A DNA stretch of 60,664 nucleotides, counting the filler. It is 4 parts of 4 records of this genome, joined end to end, with 100 filler letters (N's around TTAATTAATTAA, not from the genome) between each part and the next. Parts side by side here need not be neighbours in the genome. Positions count along the whole stretch, not along the records: positions 1 to 19,922 come from SRR20825019_1029; 3 more parts are not named here. One strand, 5' to 3'. Shown here in pieces: positions 1 to 12,296 of the stretch; the first letter of the stretch is position 1; the number at the start of each line of letters is the position of its first letter. The position numbers and the translations under genes were made by a program. A model generated the notes under the pieces. That model did no database searches. It saw nothing but the letters and a program-made list of their open reading frames with translations, and had not been told where the DNA came from.

Positions 1-465
1 CTCCAGTGGTTTTAAAGGTATCATAATTCTCGTCCCTTGGAGGGGAACATTCTAATAGTAAGAACATTGAAATTAAGGGAACTTTCTCTTTTCTTATTTT
101 TATTGATCTAATAGAAATATAAAAACGGTTGATCTAATTAGAGTCCATTAATAACGAATACGCTCTGGAAATAATGGAAACTGTAACAGCCATGCACCGA
201 GCCAACAAGGTGAAATCACAGCCATCGTCATTGGTTCTTGACCGCGGTGATTCAAACCTGTGACCGTGGTCAGGCCTTGACTGTGGCTCGCTAGCCTTGC
301 TGCAAGCGTCACGTCACCGCTGGGTGTGAGAAAGCGTTCATTCTGACCGGTCGCGAGGACGCCACAAATGGCTTCACCATTCATCGAGGCGGCCCATTAG
401 CTCCTAGTGCCGGCCGTGTCACCTCACGCGACCCAGCGCAGTGGGATGCCGGACACCCTCCAACT

Positions 466-471
466 TATATA
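466..471 (+). promoter_or_regulatory. TATA-like element upstream of AK7
   Basis: TATATA about 45 nt before ATG 512; the same element sits at 5135-5140 about 44 nt before ATG 5179. Confidence 0.4.
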
Positions 472-511
472 TGCTGGATTTAATATTGGGGGTTGTCCTC
501 AGTGACTAAGG

Positions 512-2816
512 ATGGCCGCAAAGGGCGCTAAGATCCGTGTGTTCATTCAGCACGTGGACTCCTACACCGGCAGGAATGTTGGTGAGACTATCTTGCAGGT
601 TCTGAACCGCCCCCCAGAGGATGAGGAAGAGGAGTTCGACGACGAGGAGGGGTGTGTATTTTGGAACCTTGTGGGATGAGAGAAGTCTTACCCGTCGTCG
701 TATAGAAAGCGTCGCAAGCCCCGCAAGCCTGTGGAGTCCAAGGTGGACATCATTGGTACCTTGTCTTCTCCAGATGCCAAGATGCCGTCGTGGTGCTCTG
801 AGGTTGTTCCCGAAGAGCAGTCTGATGAGTTTGCGGCGGCCTTATTGTCGTGTGACTTCATTGTGTATAACATTCTTGCTGGTTCGATTGATGACACCGT
901 TTATGCCGTACAAAGTGGGTATTGATTACGCGGTGGTGGAGAGTGTTCTCACTTCTTGTTCAGTTGCTGCTGGTGGCGAGTACAGCGGCAAGAAGGCCTT
1001 TATTCTGCTCAGCACAGTTATGACATGGGTACGAACTGAAACTGATGAGGTATGTACTCAAATGAGGGGAAGGCAATCAAATACTTAAGTGGTGTGCTCT
1101 AGGAGGACCCAGACCCCGAGTTCGCGTTCACCGAGGATGACTATCTTCGCCGCCGCCCGCACAATTCCTTCCGCCAGCACTGGCAGTGTGAGAAGCTTGT
1201 TTCCAAGCTTCAGCGCAAGGACAAACTTGATACCTACATCTTCTGGTCTGGTGTAACTTACGGAGAGGTAAGAGGGGCAGGGGAGGGTCAGCGGGATTTG
1301 GGGGCTAACTGGGCGTGTTTTAGGAGGAAGAAACCTATCATGATAACTTCAAGAGGGCTTGGTCTCTTGACCCCGCTGGTGTGCACTGCTACGGACCTGG
1401 CGAGAACTGCATTCCTATGATTCATATCAAGGATTTGTCGAAGGCTGTAGCAACTATTATTGAAAACAAGCCAGAGACCCGTTTCTACCTTGCTGTAGAC
1501 GACGGCAAACCGCAGCAAAAGGAGATCTGGGCTTCGTTGAACTCAAAACTCGGTACCGGTCAGCCGGTCAAGCACCTTAACCGTGACGAAATGCTGCTCG
1601 ATCCTAACACAGAGCTCTTTTTGGTCAACCTGAAGTTCACTGCGGGTGCTATCAAGGACCTTGGGTTCGAGTGGTCTTGCGAAGCGGGTATGCTTGAGAA
1701 CATGGATAAGGTGATCGATGAGTACAAGAAGACAAGGAACCTTACCGCCTTGAAGGTGTTCATCCACGGCCCGCCCGCCGCTGGAAAGTCCTTCTGCGCT
1801 GAGAAACTGGCGCAACACTACAACATTGCCCATATTAAGCTTGGTGATGTAATTAAGGCTGCTATTGAGAGTGAAACAGAAGTCGGAGAAGAGGCTGCCA
1901 ACGCGGAAAAGACTCCTGAAGGTCTTTTCCAGGACCCGCTTGTGATAAAGATGGTGAAGCAACGCCTGATGACGAAGGAGTGCCTCAACCGTGGCTTCAT
2001 CCTTGATGGATACCCCAAGACCATCGAGCAGGCCGCGGAGCTGTTTAAGCCGCTGCCTCCAGGCGATGACGAGGAGGCTCCTCCTGAGCCCGAGGAAGGC
2101 GAGGCAGGCAACGCGGACATTGACTTCCGTATTGTCCCAGAGTTTGTGATCTCACTTTCTGCTTCCGACGAGTACATTCAGGAGCGCGTCAAGGCCCTGC
2201 CACAGGAAGAAGTGGACGGCACCACGTGGAGCGAAGAAAAGTTGACCGCACGCCTGGCCAAGTGGCGCGGCAACAATGTGGAGGATAAGACTGTGTTGAA
2301 CTGGTTCAGCAAGAACAAGATCGAATATTGCGACTATGAGGTCTCGTCCGAGCCGCAGACCCTTGTGGACAGGCTAGTGGTCCTCTTGGGTATCCCGCAT
2401 AACTATGGCCCATCGAAGGAAGAAATTGCGGAGAAGGCCAGGGTTAAGGTGAGGCCTATTGGTTGTTGTTGTGTGAAGGGGGGTGGTCTGACTGGTGTTA
2501 TGTGCAGGCTGAGGAGGAAGCCAAGAAGCGCGAGGCCGAGATGGCGGAGCAGCGTGAGCGCGAGCGTATTGAGGCCGAGGAAAGGGAGCGTGCTGTGCAG
2601 CAGGCCGCAGCGCGTTTGCAGCAGGTTGAGCAGCAGGAGCGGGAGTTGCTTGCCGTAAAGACCCTCCCCCTCCGTAACTATCTTATGGAGAACGTGATGC
2701 CTACCCTCATGGAGGCACTCATTAGTGTCTGCAAGTTGAAGCCCGAGGATCCTATCGACTACGTGGCGGAGTACCTGTTCAAGGAGGATGCCCCGGGCAA
2801 GGCCGAGGAAAACTAA
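512..2816 (+). CDS. AK7: Adenylate kinase 7 (flagellar), 6 exons
   Basis: Introns 652-705, 915-963, 1050-1102, 1268-1323, 2449-2507 give one frame: N-term RVFIQHVDSYTG, LLSTVMTW, P-loop GPPAAGKS, GFILDGYPKT, C-terminal Dpy-30 motif PLRNYLMENVMPTL...KPEDPIDYVAEYLF. Confidence 0.93.
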
Positions 2817-3079
2817 TGCCTTACATCTAACCTGGAACCTGTAGTAACAATAAATAATTTTCAATTAACATTTTCAACGTCTTTACACATCTTCGAGTTC
2901 CGCAGTGGCCTCGTGGATGTGAACATTCAGAGGATGACTTTTGCTTCCATTCTTCTCCCATTTCGTGCACCTGAGAAGGCTGCACGGCATGGCCTCCCAA
3001 AAAGATCGGATAGAAGTGTATCATCTGGAACCGATGAGATTGCTATGCCCTACTGACACTCTGCGGATATGCTTTCTCA

Positions 3080-4474
3080 TCACGAGGTTGCCGGACCGCA
3101 CCATCTGGCCATTAAAGTGGCCTCGTTCGCGGTGTTGGCGAAAAGGTGGGCAACGGACACTTCACTGAAGGAGGATTTAAGGATATCTCTAGCCTCCTCT
3201 TCCATTAATTTGCGTGATGCGTGGCCCTTAAACACCATTTTGAGAGTGAGAATCACCCTAGCCCCACGGCGCAGGATCCCATCATCGCCAAGAGAGCGAA
3301 AGAGTCTCGCGACTTGCCGAGGATCGGCGTTCATGTCGCAAACGCACAGATCCACCCCCTCCTGACCGACCGTTTCGCTTACGGGAGACCCCGGAACACC
3401 GGCCATAGCCTTAATGTGGACTACATTGTCCAATTCCAGAACTTGCTTCGACATCTCAGCCGGATCCACAGCAAACACTTTTCCTTGAGGCAGTAATCCT
3501 GCCAAGAAGAAGGTCCATCCACCTGTGTCGACACGCAGTAAGTTCAACTCTTCAACTCTTCAAGATGCCACCTCTACAAACCTACCTGGCGCCGCACCAA
3601 TATCCAGGGCCCTCCATGTCGCCTTAAGTTCCCATCCTGAAGTCTCAATCGCCTCACGAATCTTGTGTTCAGCACGGCAGATCACCATCTCTCGTCCACA
3701 TGTCCCTTCACTAACGGAATACCTCGGATACACACCAAAGAAATGAACATCATCAAACAGAGTGAAGACGGACATCACGTGCGAATATCCTTGTAGACTG
3801 ACACCGTGCTCACATGCGCGTTTGTCCGATTTGCCAATGTATTCCACGATCTCCTTCTGCGTAGAATTGTTTTGACAAATGATCCGGACAACATCTTGGT
3901 TGTCCGCGGCCTTGCGGGCAGCTGCCAGCGCAGCATCCTTTACAACCTGAATTGAGTCTGTAGAGGAAGTGACCAGAGCAGGCGTGCCCACCATCGCACC
4001 GGGCATAATACTGTCACTACCTAGGCGAGGGAGTATATTCTCGCTATGAGGTGGGGCCCGAAAAAGCATCAACACCACACGGCCCTTCTGGCTTTCTTCA
4101 GTGTATACGTGCTCGCAACAATAGATATTCACAAGTCTGTTCACTACCCGCTCGGTGTATACCGAGTCGAACCTCAGGGCAACGAGAGGATCTTGCTTCG
4201 ACAGTGGAAGAAAACTCGCCTTCTTTAGATGTTCAATGCCAGCTGCCATCCATTTCCTCTTGCTCGTGGTGCATCCGCGAGCCACGTCGGCAGCATGGTG
4301 GCTGCAGAGCTCTCCAGCGGCTTTCCTTTGATTTGCACATCGCCCCCTCTGCGTGTTGGCCACGCAGCGATCATTGTCCGGAACGGTGGTCTTGGCCCTC
4401 TTATGCTTTTTATGCTTTGTAGATCCCTCCCCTAAAGCACTGTTTGTCTGGGGAAAAGAATCTTCTCCGTCCAT
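3080..4474 (-). CDS. FtsJ/RlmM-like SAM-dependent RNA 2'-O-methyltransferase, 2 exons
   Basis: Intron 3523-3585 joins ALDIGAAPG to GWTFFL; also RAEHKIREA, VFAVDP, VCDM, LTLK; N-terminal C-x8-C-x10-C-x2-H segment. Start chosen at MDGEDSF. Confidence 0.82.
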
Positions 4475-4589
4475 GACGCTTTCATGTTTTTTATTACGTC
4501 GGGTGAAGTATATTTCACTGGCACAGCCAACCATTCACTGCCATTTTGGTCACAGTCACATTGACTGACAAGATGATGGCCAGGCTGAG

Positions 4590-5110
4590 CAGCTTGAAGG
4601 GGGCCGAGGGACCGCCGGGTCGAAGGCGCCCCGGCCGGTCGGCGGGCCCCGCCGCGCGCTCCGCCGGGCGTGCCCCGCCCCGGTGGCGGGGGCGGCCCGG
4701 CCGCGATTAAGGTACGCAGCGGAACCAGCAAATCCGACTAACATCACTCACTGGAACAAAAGAGCTTCACACGAGTTGGAACCGCTAGATGCCTAGTCGA
4801 GTGGCAGGTACGTCACCGTGGCAGGGGCGGGCGGGCCCCGTGAGAGGGCACGGTCGGGGCGGGCGCCCGCTCACCGCCGGCCCGGCTCCGCCGGGTTGCT
4901 GGGGTGCTGCCTGGTCGCCCAACGGCACGGCACCGTCCCGGTCCGGTCGTCGCGACCGACGTGACGACGCGCCGGGAGGCACTGCACGGCCCAGCGCCGT
5001 CACCCGCACGGGCCGGGCCCGCCGGGCTCCTGCCTCGTGGGGGGGCCGCCGGCCGGGGCGGGCGGTGCGGGTCGGCGAGGCTCGTCCGGTGGCCGGACGG
5101 AACTGCGTGC
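4590..5110. promoter_or_regulatory. GC-rich intergenic island between divergent genes
   Basis: Visibly extreme GC/CpG content, no intron-exon structure, lies between starts at 4474(-) and 5179(+). Confidence 0.55.
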
Positions 5111-5178
5111 TTGTTTGGGCGGGGGTCCAGAAGATATATAGAACATGCACTCCAGTTGTTAACCCCTGTTTTGAGGTC

Positions 5179-8100
5179 ATGGAATCGCGCGAAACCACTC
5201 TGGACGCCACAGAAACAAGCAAGGCTGAGGCTAGGGCAACAACTATTGAGGTTCCTTTCGATGATGAACGTGCTAAGAAATGGTTATCTACCGTCCTGAA
5301 AGAATTGTGAGTTGTTCTTGTGCGCACTATATTCCAGCCGGCTCATGTTCTTCTCTCAGCTGCCAAACGGACATCGAGGTTGTTACGGACTTTGTCGTGT
5401 ATTGCCTACATATGTATGACAGACGGGAAGAAATGAAGAACCAACTGCTGCCATTCTTCCGGGACGACACGGAGGAGTTCATGGACCTTCTCTTCGAGGC
5501 TCGACAGGACGGCTTTCCGGCTGATGACGATGACGAGCTCGGGGATGTCGTGGGACTTGTGCCGGCGACAGTGGCGGCTATGAGGATGACATCGAGGACA
5601 CGCAGTATCAGTGGCTATGAAGAGAGGAGCATTGGCAATATCAGTGTTGGCGTTTCATTGGAGAAAGTTCATGAAGATGGAAGTGCTCAGGCCGAGGAGA
5701 GCGAGACCGATGAGGACGAAGAATTTCGTAGGTTTCAAGCCGAATTTGCACTCCAAGTATGCCAGCTTCCATAGTGTATTTCACTCATCTTCTTAGTAAT
5801 CCGATGCTTACAGAGCCAAAGTCAAATGGAGAAGCCCACCTACTTCGCTGTTGATTTTGAGGGGCGGGCAGACTCTGGAGGCGTATTTTTTGGTGATACT
5901 ACAGATGGCACCCCCCATGGGCGCGGGAAGTGGGAGAATGCGGTTAGTCTCAAGCGTAGTCAGGCTCAACCTGGTTGTAACTTGGTGTTATTAGGACGGG
6001 GAAACATACGATGGTGACATCAAGATGGGTATATTTGATGGCATAGGGGTCAGTTAGCGGGATTTAGTTGTTGTCACTGCACGCCTGAATACCCTCTTAG
6101 AAAATCAAATGGAGGAACGGAAACAGCTTTGATGGCCAGTTGGCGCGGTGAGTGGGGTTGCTATCAGCTATACCTGAGAGGCAATCATCTCACATTTCTT
6201 CCATAGTGGTCTTCTCCATGGGGTTGGTGTCCTTCGCTTTCATACCGGCGATGAATATGATGGAGATTTCACGTGAGTAGGTTCAATCTCCTTGGTGGTG
6301 GTATTTAAACGGCACATAGACTCGGCAAAGTCACGGGGCGGGGGAAGTACAAGGGGCTGGAGGGAAACGAGTATCATGGAGACTTCATAGACAGCGTCTT
6401 TGAGGGAAGGTATGAGGCGTGAAGATCCGTAGTACTGATGAAGAAATAGTTAATATGCACTCAGCGGGGTCATGAGATGGAATGATGGGCGGGTGTACAC
6501 TGGCGAGATGTCGCAAAACTGTTGCCACGGGTATGGCGAGATGCTCTGGCAGAACGGAAACAAGTATGTTGAAAAACATGCTGGTCGCTGAGATTTGACT
6601 CATTTGGCACTCTGTAGATATATTGGAGAATGGAAGGAAGGGGAGAGACACGGCACGGGGGAGTTCTTCCTGTGCGATGGTTCAAGGTAGTTATTCCAAG
6701 GTATCTATTTTTATAATCCTAAAGATTCCATAGCTATGAGGGGCAGTGGGTCAACGGTATCCGACACGGGACTGGCAAGTATACTGCGGCGAACGGCGAT
6801 TCATACGAAGGAGAATTCGTGCAGGATATATATCACGGAGAGTATGTGCCGCGGCTGAGCCTTCCAGTTTTCGTCTTAAACTTAAGTTGTAGGGGGGTAT
6901 ATACAACGGCCGACGGAACCTATTACAAAGGCCAGTTCAAAGAGGGAGTGCGGCATGGACATGGGGTACGCATTGCGACGTCATTTGATTTCCTAGAATT
7001 TCTTCTGATCTTTATTAGCAACTCCTGACTGAAAGTGAACGATACGTCGGTGAGTTCTCGAATAATACTCCCAAAGGGCAAGGTAAGGAAATCACTTCTT
7101 CCCCGGGATCATGTCCTTACGAATCTCTCTAGGGGTGATGGTTTGGCGGGATGGAGATCAGTTCGAAGGATTATTCGAGAATGTAAGTAGACCAGGTGGA
7201 GCCGTGATTAGTATGCTTATGTAAATTCAAGGGTACCGCCGAGGGGTACGGAACGTACAGGCACAACAATGGCGACGTGCACGTGGGGCTGTATGAAAAA
7301 GGGAAGCCGCAAGGTACTTTTCTGTTGTTCATCCTCTGTAAGCTTTCGCTAGATTCTGAAATGGGTTTTAGGAATTGGAACGCTAACTGAAGCAGATGGT
7401 GGTGTTTACATTGGGGACTTTGAGCGAGGAAAGAAGGAAGGCAGAGGATCAATGAAGTATGTGGACTGCCGCCATTACGATGGCTTGTGGCACAAGGTAC
7501 ACGTTCCTACGTAGAAACTAGTTGAGACAGTAGACTCACAGATGCGAGACAGAACCTATATCATGGGTTTGGAGTTCTTAGATGGCCGGATGGAAAAGTG
7601 TATGAAGGGCAGGTGAGATTCGACAATTCAAACTGCGATTGTCGCACCGTCCTAACTATATTGTAGTTCAAGGCAGGGCTCTACTTCGGTAGTGGTATGA
7701 TGAAAAAGCCCAATGGAGACTACTTCAAGGTCGGTTTCTGATCATCAATATAGTGTTTCCCCTTATTCGTCTCTTTAGGGAGAATATGTTCGGGGCGTAA
7801 GAAATGGTTTCGGGGTAATGTTGTATAAGAGAGGAGGATCTTACCGGGGAGAGTACAAAAATGGCATGCGGAATGGGAAAGGAAAAATGGACTTTGCAAG
7901 CGGCGACAGTTACAACGGCCACTGGGTAGATGACTATATGCATGGGCGGGGGACCATTGGTGCGTATATAATTCCACAGGAGTGATCAGTAATAACTGAC
8001 TCGGTCTGGCAGCTTGGAAAAATGGGGATGTATTCGAGGGAAGAATTAAGCGAGATAAGTCCGTGGTAGAATATAGCTTTCTATTTGTATATTCTGATTG

Positions 8101-8799
8101 CCACTATAAATAGATGTCACGGGCATGGTGCGATCCACTATGGGAACGGAGATGTGTATATTGGAGACTTCCGCAATAATTGCAGAGATGGCATTGTAAG
8201 CTTTCTGTGGAATATTCCCGCCGTGTGAGGCTGACTGTTTTTCATACAGGGCGAGATGAAATATGCATCCAATGGACAGGTCGATGTGGGTTTGTTCGAG
8301 AAAGGTCGATTTAAGGGTGCCACTAAGCGCACCAAGAAGACCATCGACATCACGTCCATGCGCCCAAAATACGGGGGTGTTACCGACGGAAGTGAGTTGA
8401 TCTACATTAATGGAAGCTGGATGTCTGACACGCTGTGCAGTCCGCCGCCCGACCAAGCCCCCTCCCGCTCCAGTTCAGGTTCCTGACGATGACACAAGAG
8501 AAGGTGATGTAGATTATCCGTCTCCTGAGGTCGGCGAATACTCTCCAGGGGATGATGGCTATGATGAGAACATGAGTCCCGAAGGACCATATGGATCCCC
8601 TGTGGCAGGGCACTCATCTCCAGGACCCGAGATCAAAGGCCTTAGGTGTGTGGTCTGCTTCACGGGACCTGTGCTCGACTAATGCGTTTCCCACAGGCGT
8701 GTCGACTTTGAATCCACCCCGGAGGTCAAGGTGTTCAAGGATGATGAGGTTGCCGATGCCCTTCTTGAAGGGGAGGTAGCAATTCACACCGCCGAGTAA
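5179..8799 (+). CDS. PWI-domain / ~21-22 MORN-repeat protein with C-terminal RVxF-like motif, about 22 introns
   Basis: PWI-like AKKWLSTVLKEFCQTDIEVVTDFVVYCL...FFRDDTEEFMDLLFE; intron 5757-5813 joins it in frame to repeats such as DGSSYEGQWVNGIRHGTGKYTAA; last exon RRVDFESTPEVKVF then TAA 8797-8799. Confidence 0.78.
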
Positions 8800-8973
8800 T
8801 GCGTCACATTCACTTTGCACGTGTTGTCGATATGATCTCAAGGGGAGTATATTGCATAAATATTTCCAAACCTCACAGTATGGCACTTTTCAACACTGGT
8901 TCTCAGAAGCCGAAGCATCTAAACACAGCGTTTGGCCATCGTAACCATCCATCATTTGGACTGAGAAGACCTG

Positions 8974-11626
8974 CTAACTAGCACCCGCAAGAGAATTATC
9001 CAAAAACGACTTGACATCCACCATTCCAGTGCGAATTTCCTGCAAGTTCTTCACGGCATCTTGCGAACGACTCTGCAAAACAAGCACCGAACTTTAGAGA
9101 CCAGCCGATATCGTACACAGCGTGCGCTTACCGAGAGATATGAAATGATTTGTTCCTGGATGCTACTTCAAGGATTAGCATTATGTTCCATTGTTTGTTC
9201 AAGATACACACCTTCTCTCCAGCGATTTCAGGTTCGACATCATGTACTGCTCAGTCTGAGAGCATCGATGAACTGCGGCATCTCTCTCAGATTGGATCTG
9301 CTATCCTGTCAGCCAAAACCGCCCAAATCAGGGAACAAAGTCTTCCACCGACCCGTTTCAACCGCTTTCGCAAATTCTTCACCTCCTTCTGCATATCCCG
9401 AAGCCTGTTTGAATCATTTGCAAACCCAAAGAACTGCTCCAGATTACTCTGCAGGCGAGAGCGCGGAGACGGCAAATAATTCGTGTAGTTCTCTGGGGAT
9501 CCTTGATTGAATGCTGTTGATGTCCCCTGCAATATCGAGTAAGCAATGCCCTTCGAATTTCAACGCGTATCACTCACTTGGTGGCCTTCCTGCAACACAT
9601 TCTCCATGTCCAACACCCGTGCAAGTAGTCCTGCTTTTTCAGTTTGAATTTGAACGAACAGTTCCTCCCTCTCGCCCATGTCCCTCTTCAATGCATCTAC
9701 TTCGCTTCTCTTCTCTTCCAACAAGTCCCTAATAGAGCTTTAGCAAGACAAACTTCCGCTTTCTCCTGACTCACCTATATTCCTCGAGCTCCTTCTGCAT
9801 ATGGCCGGTTTGTGACTCCAGATTCTTGGCCTTGCTTGCCATGGCGTCCTTTGCCGCCAGACGCATCCTCAGCCTCGTTACCTCCTTGCTGCATAACCCC
9901 TACGTCAGTTGCATATTCTATCTGCATCACAGGCGACTCACGTTAGCTCGGAAACCTCGTCTGTCTCTCTACGAGAAGACCGGACTGGAGACAAAAGTTC
10001 CCTGTCTGCCGACAGATCTTGGGAACGTGACGCCTGTGAAGCAATATAAATGCTTACCGTAACAAACACGGAACCAACCTACCTCATGCACCTCGCCGGT
10101 GTTGTGAACAACCTTATGTCCACGCAGCTTCTCAAGGTCAACCTTCAGCTTCTTCTTCTCGTCTCGCAGCAACGCCTCATTCTACCCAACACATTAGCAA
10201 CCTCCAACACCGCCCCGGGAAAACATAGACAGGCACAGCCACGCACCTCTCTTGCTTCTGCTAGCTCAGCGTGTATTTCGTCCGTTATTTTGGACATTGC
10301 CTTGCATTTTTCTTGCAGATCTCTAACTTCGCGCTTCACCTGTACAGCTGATCAGCCCCCCCCACCAGTAACATCCATTGAAAAACGTGCCTGCGCAGTC
10401 TTCTCCACTTCTTCTGCAAGTCTCTCGCGCAAGCTTCTGTTCTCGCCATCTACATGCTGCAAGTCCTTCAGTTGAGCCTCCAACACAACGAATTTCTGGT
10501 AAGAAATATTAGCCTCTTAAACCGCCTCACTCCACAAGACGAACCCGCTCCCAATTCTCCTTCACCCCACTTCTATGGTTAAGCGAATGCAATGCCTCGT
10601 CCAGTTCCATCGACTTGTCCTCCAGCTGCTCCTTCAGAGTTGCTATCTGCTCGTCCTGAGATGTCTCTTTCAGCCTACCACCACTTGATCCCACAACACG
10701 ACCAATTCGCGAACCTTGAGGCGATTCTCTTCAAGGAGGGCCTGCCCCACCTCCGCTGCCGTCCTCACATTAGTCTTCTCCATCTGAAGCTCATTTAGCA
10801 CCTTCTCCAGCACTGCGTGTGCTGCCGCCGCCCGTTGGTCATCCTAGTAACGCGTCAGTTTTACTTCTGAATCATTCGTGCCAAACTCACCCCATCAGAA
10901 TCACGTCGTTTCTGTGGCGAAGGAGAGCCCCCCAGCACTGCATATTTGTGTCAATAAAGCTTCCCGATGTTACGGCTCTCACATGACGAAAGCATGGAAG
11001 AGCCTTCAGATTCGCGACCCTTACACTCTTGAAGCCTGCGTATAGCGAGGTCTCGATTCGACTTGCGAGGACTTCGAACTAGCCCCTCCTGTAAGTCCAC
11101 CACGGCCTTCCCACTCTCCCCGTTCATTGAGTATGCATTCCCTCGTGTGATGTAGGCTACCATTCAGAGTTAGATAACTTGTGTACTGCACACAATCACT
11201 TCCTACCGTCTCCATGACGGCAGTCCAACTCGATAGCTTTGTCGCAGTCTTCAATAGCACCTTGAACGTCCCCAAGAATCAAGCGTGCATAACCCCTGTT
11301 ACAATAGCCAGTGCTGTACATGGGGTCCAGGCGGACGACAACGGAGTATGCTTCAACGGCAAAGTTGTATTCCCCAAGAGCCCCTCTTGAATTTCCCAGG
11401 CCTAAGTTGGCCCACACGAGCAGCTCCTCCCCTAGTTTTGGTTAGTGCGACACATCTGTTAACTTAAGGAGCATTCCGTACCCCCTTCCACAAGAAGCTC
11501 CTTGTCCTTCGCCGCCACCGCTTCATATTTCTCTGCAGCAGAGTCATAGCAGCCGCTTTGATATAGCTTATCTGCTTCTATCAAAACTCGCTCTAGTTCC
11601 ACGTCGGAAGGTTTTCGGTCCTTCAT
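8974..11626 (-). CDS. TPR-repeat plus long coiled-coil protein, multi-exon
   Basis: TPR helices (GYCNRGYARLILGDVQGAIEDCDKAIELD; AYITRGNAY) splice to heptad-rich exons including NVRTAAEVGQALLEENRLK. 3' end uncertain; a further short exon to about 8890 is possible. Confidence 0.72.
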
Positions 11627-11689
11627 ATCGGGCCTTCCGTTAGCGGGCTAGTACGCGTAAACATATTTATTTATCCTTGTTGTTGTGGG

Positions 11690-12010
11690 ATGCTGCCTGG
11701 CCGGTCCGACTCGAGCCGGATCCCGCCTGACGGACCCCAACAGTGGGGGGCAGTGGCAGTACCGGAGGCCCGTGGCATCTGATCCTGGATCGAGTGCCCG
11801 GCGGGCCGGGTGGTCACGCGGGTGGCTCACCCCACCACCAGTGGCGCCGGCCGCCTCGGCCTGGACGGCTCACTCTCATCAGTCGGTCGCCACAACGCAG
11901 GTGACCCCAGGCGCCGCGTGTGACGCGCGGCGAGGCGGCCTGACGATGGATCAGGATGCCAGGCCATGCGGGCGGACGCCGGCCGGCCGGCGCGGTCCAG
12001 CGGCCCGGTG
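11690..12010. promoter_or_regulatory. GC-rich island upstream of the TPR gene
   Basis: GC/CpG-rich non-coding tract just 5' of the minus-strand start at 11626, with an AT-rich element at about 11660-11675. Confidence 0.5.
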
Positions 12011-12296
12011 TCGCTTCACTGCTGATTTCAGTTTGGAACTGATTCGATTTTTTCGAGATCGATTTCAGTGTGCGACGGCTGGGCATCACACTGCATCCAG
12101 CACCGGCACGGCCGAAGCGAGTGTTGCCGGAATGTCGCAGTTGTATGGCCCAGTTGCAGGCGTGTTGCTAACTTGTGGCTCGCGCTCATTCTGCCAGTCC
12201 CCCCTCGACACACTCCCGGCTGATGCATATAGTCCTCTGACCCCGGGGCACGGAGGATGAGCACATGTCGTGAAGAGCTCGAGGAGAAGTTGGCGT

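Noticed and set aside
1-150. AT-rich start with TTGATCTAAT twice (103, 129)
   Set aside because: Too short, at the window edge, and plausible by chance in AT-rich DNA.
4785-5327. Long Pro/Arg/Gly/Ala-rich ORFs in GC islands (also 11685-12260, 13417-14145, 56033-57374)
   Set aside because: Open in several frames on both strands because stop codons are rare at extreme GC; no recognisable motifs.
5826-8330. CRISPR-like or DNA tandem repeat periodicity
   Set aside because: Periodicity is at protein level (MORN exons alternating with ~50-nt introns); no identical DNA repeats. No CRISPR array, tRNA or rRNA was recognised anywhere in the window.
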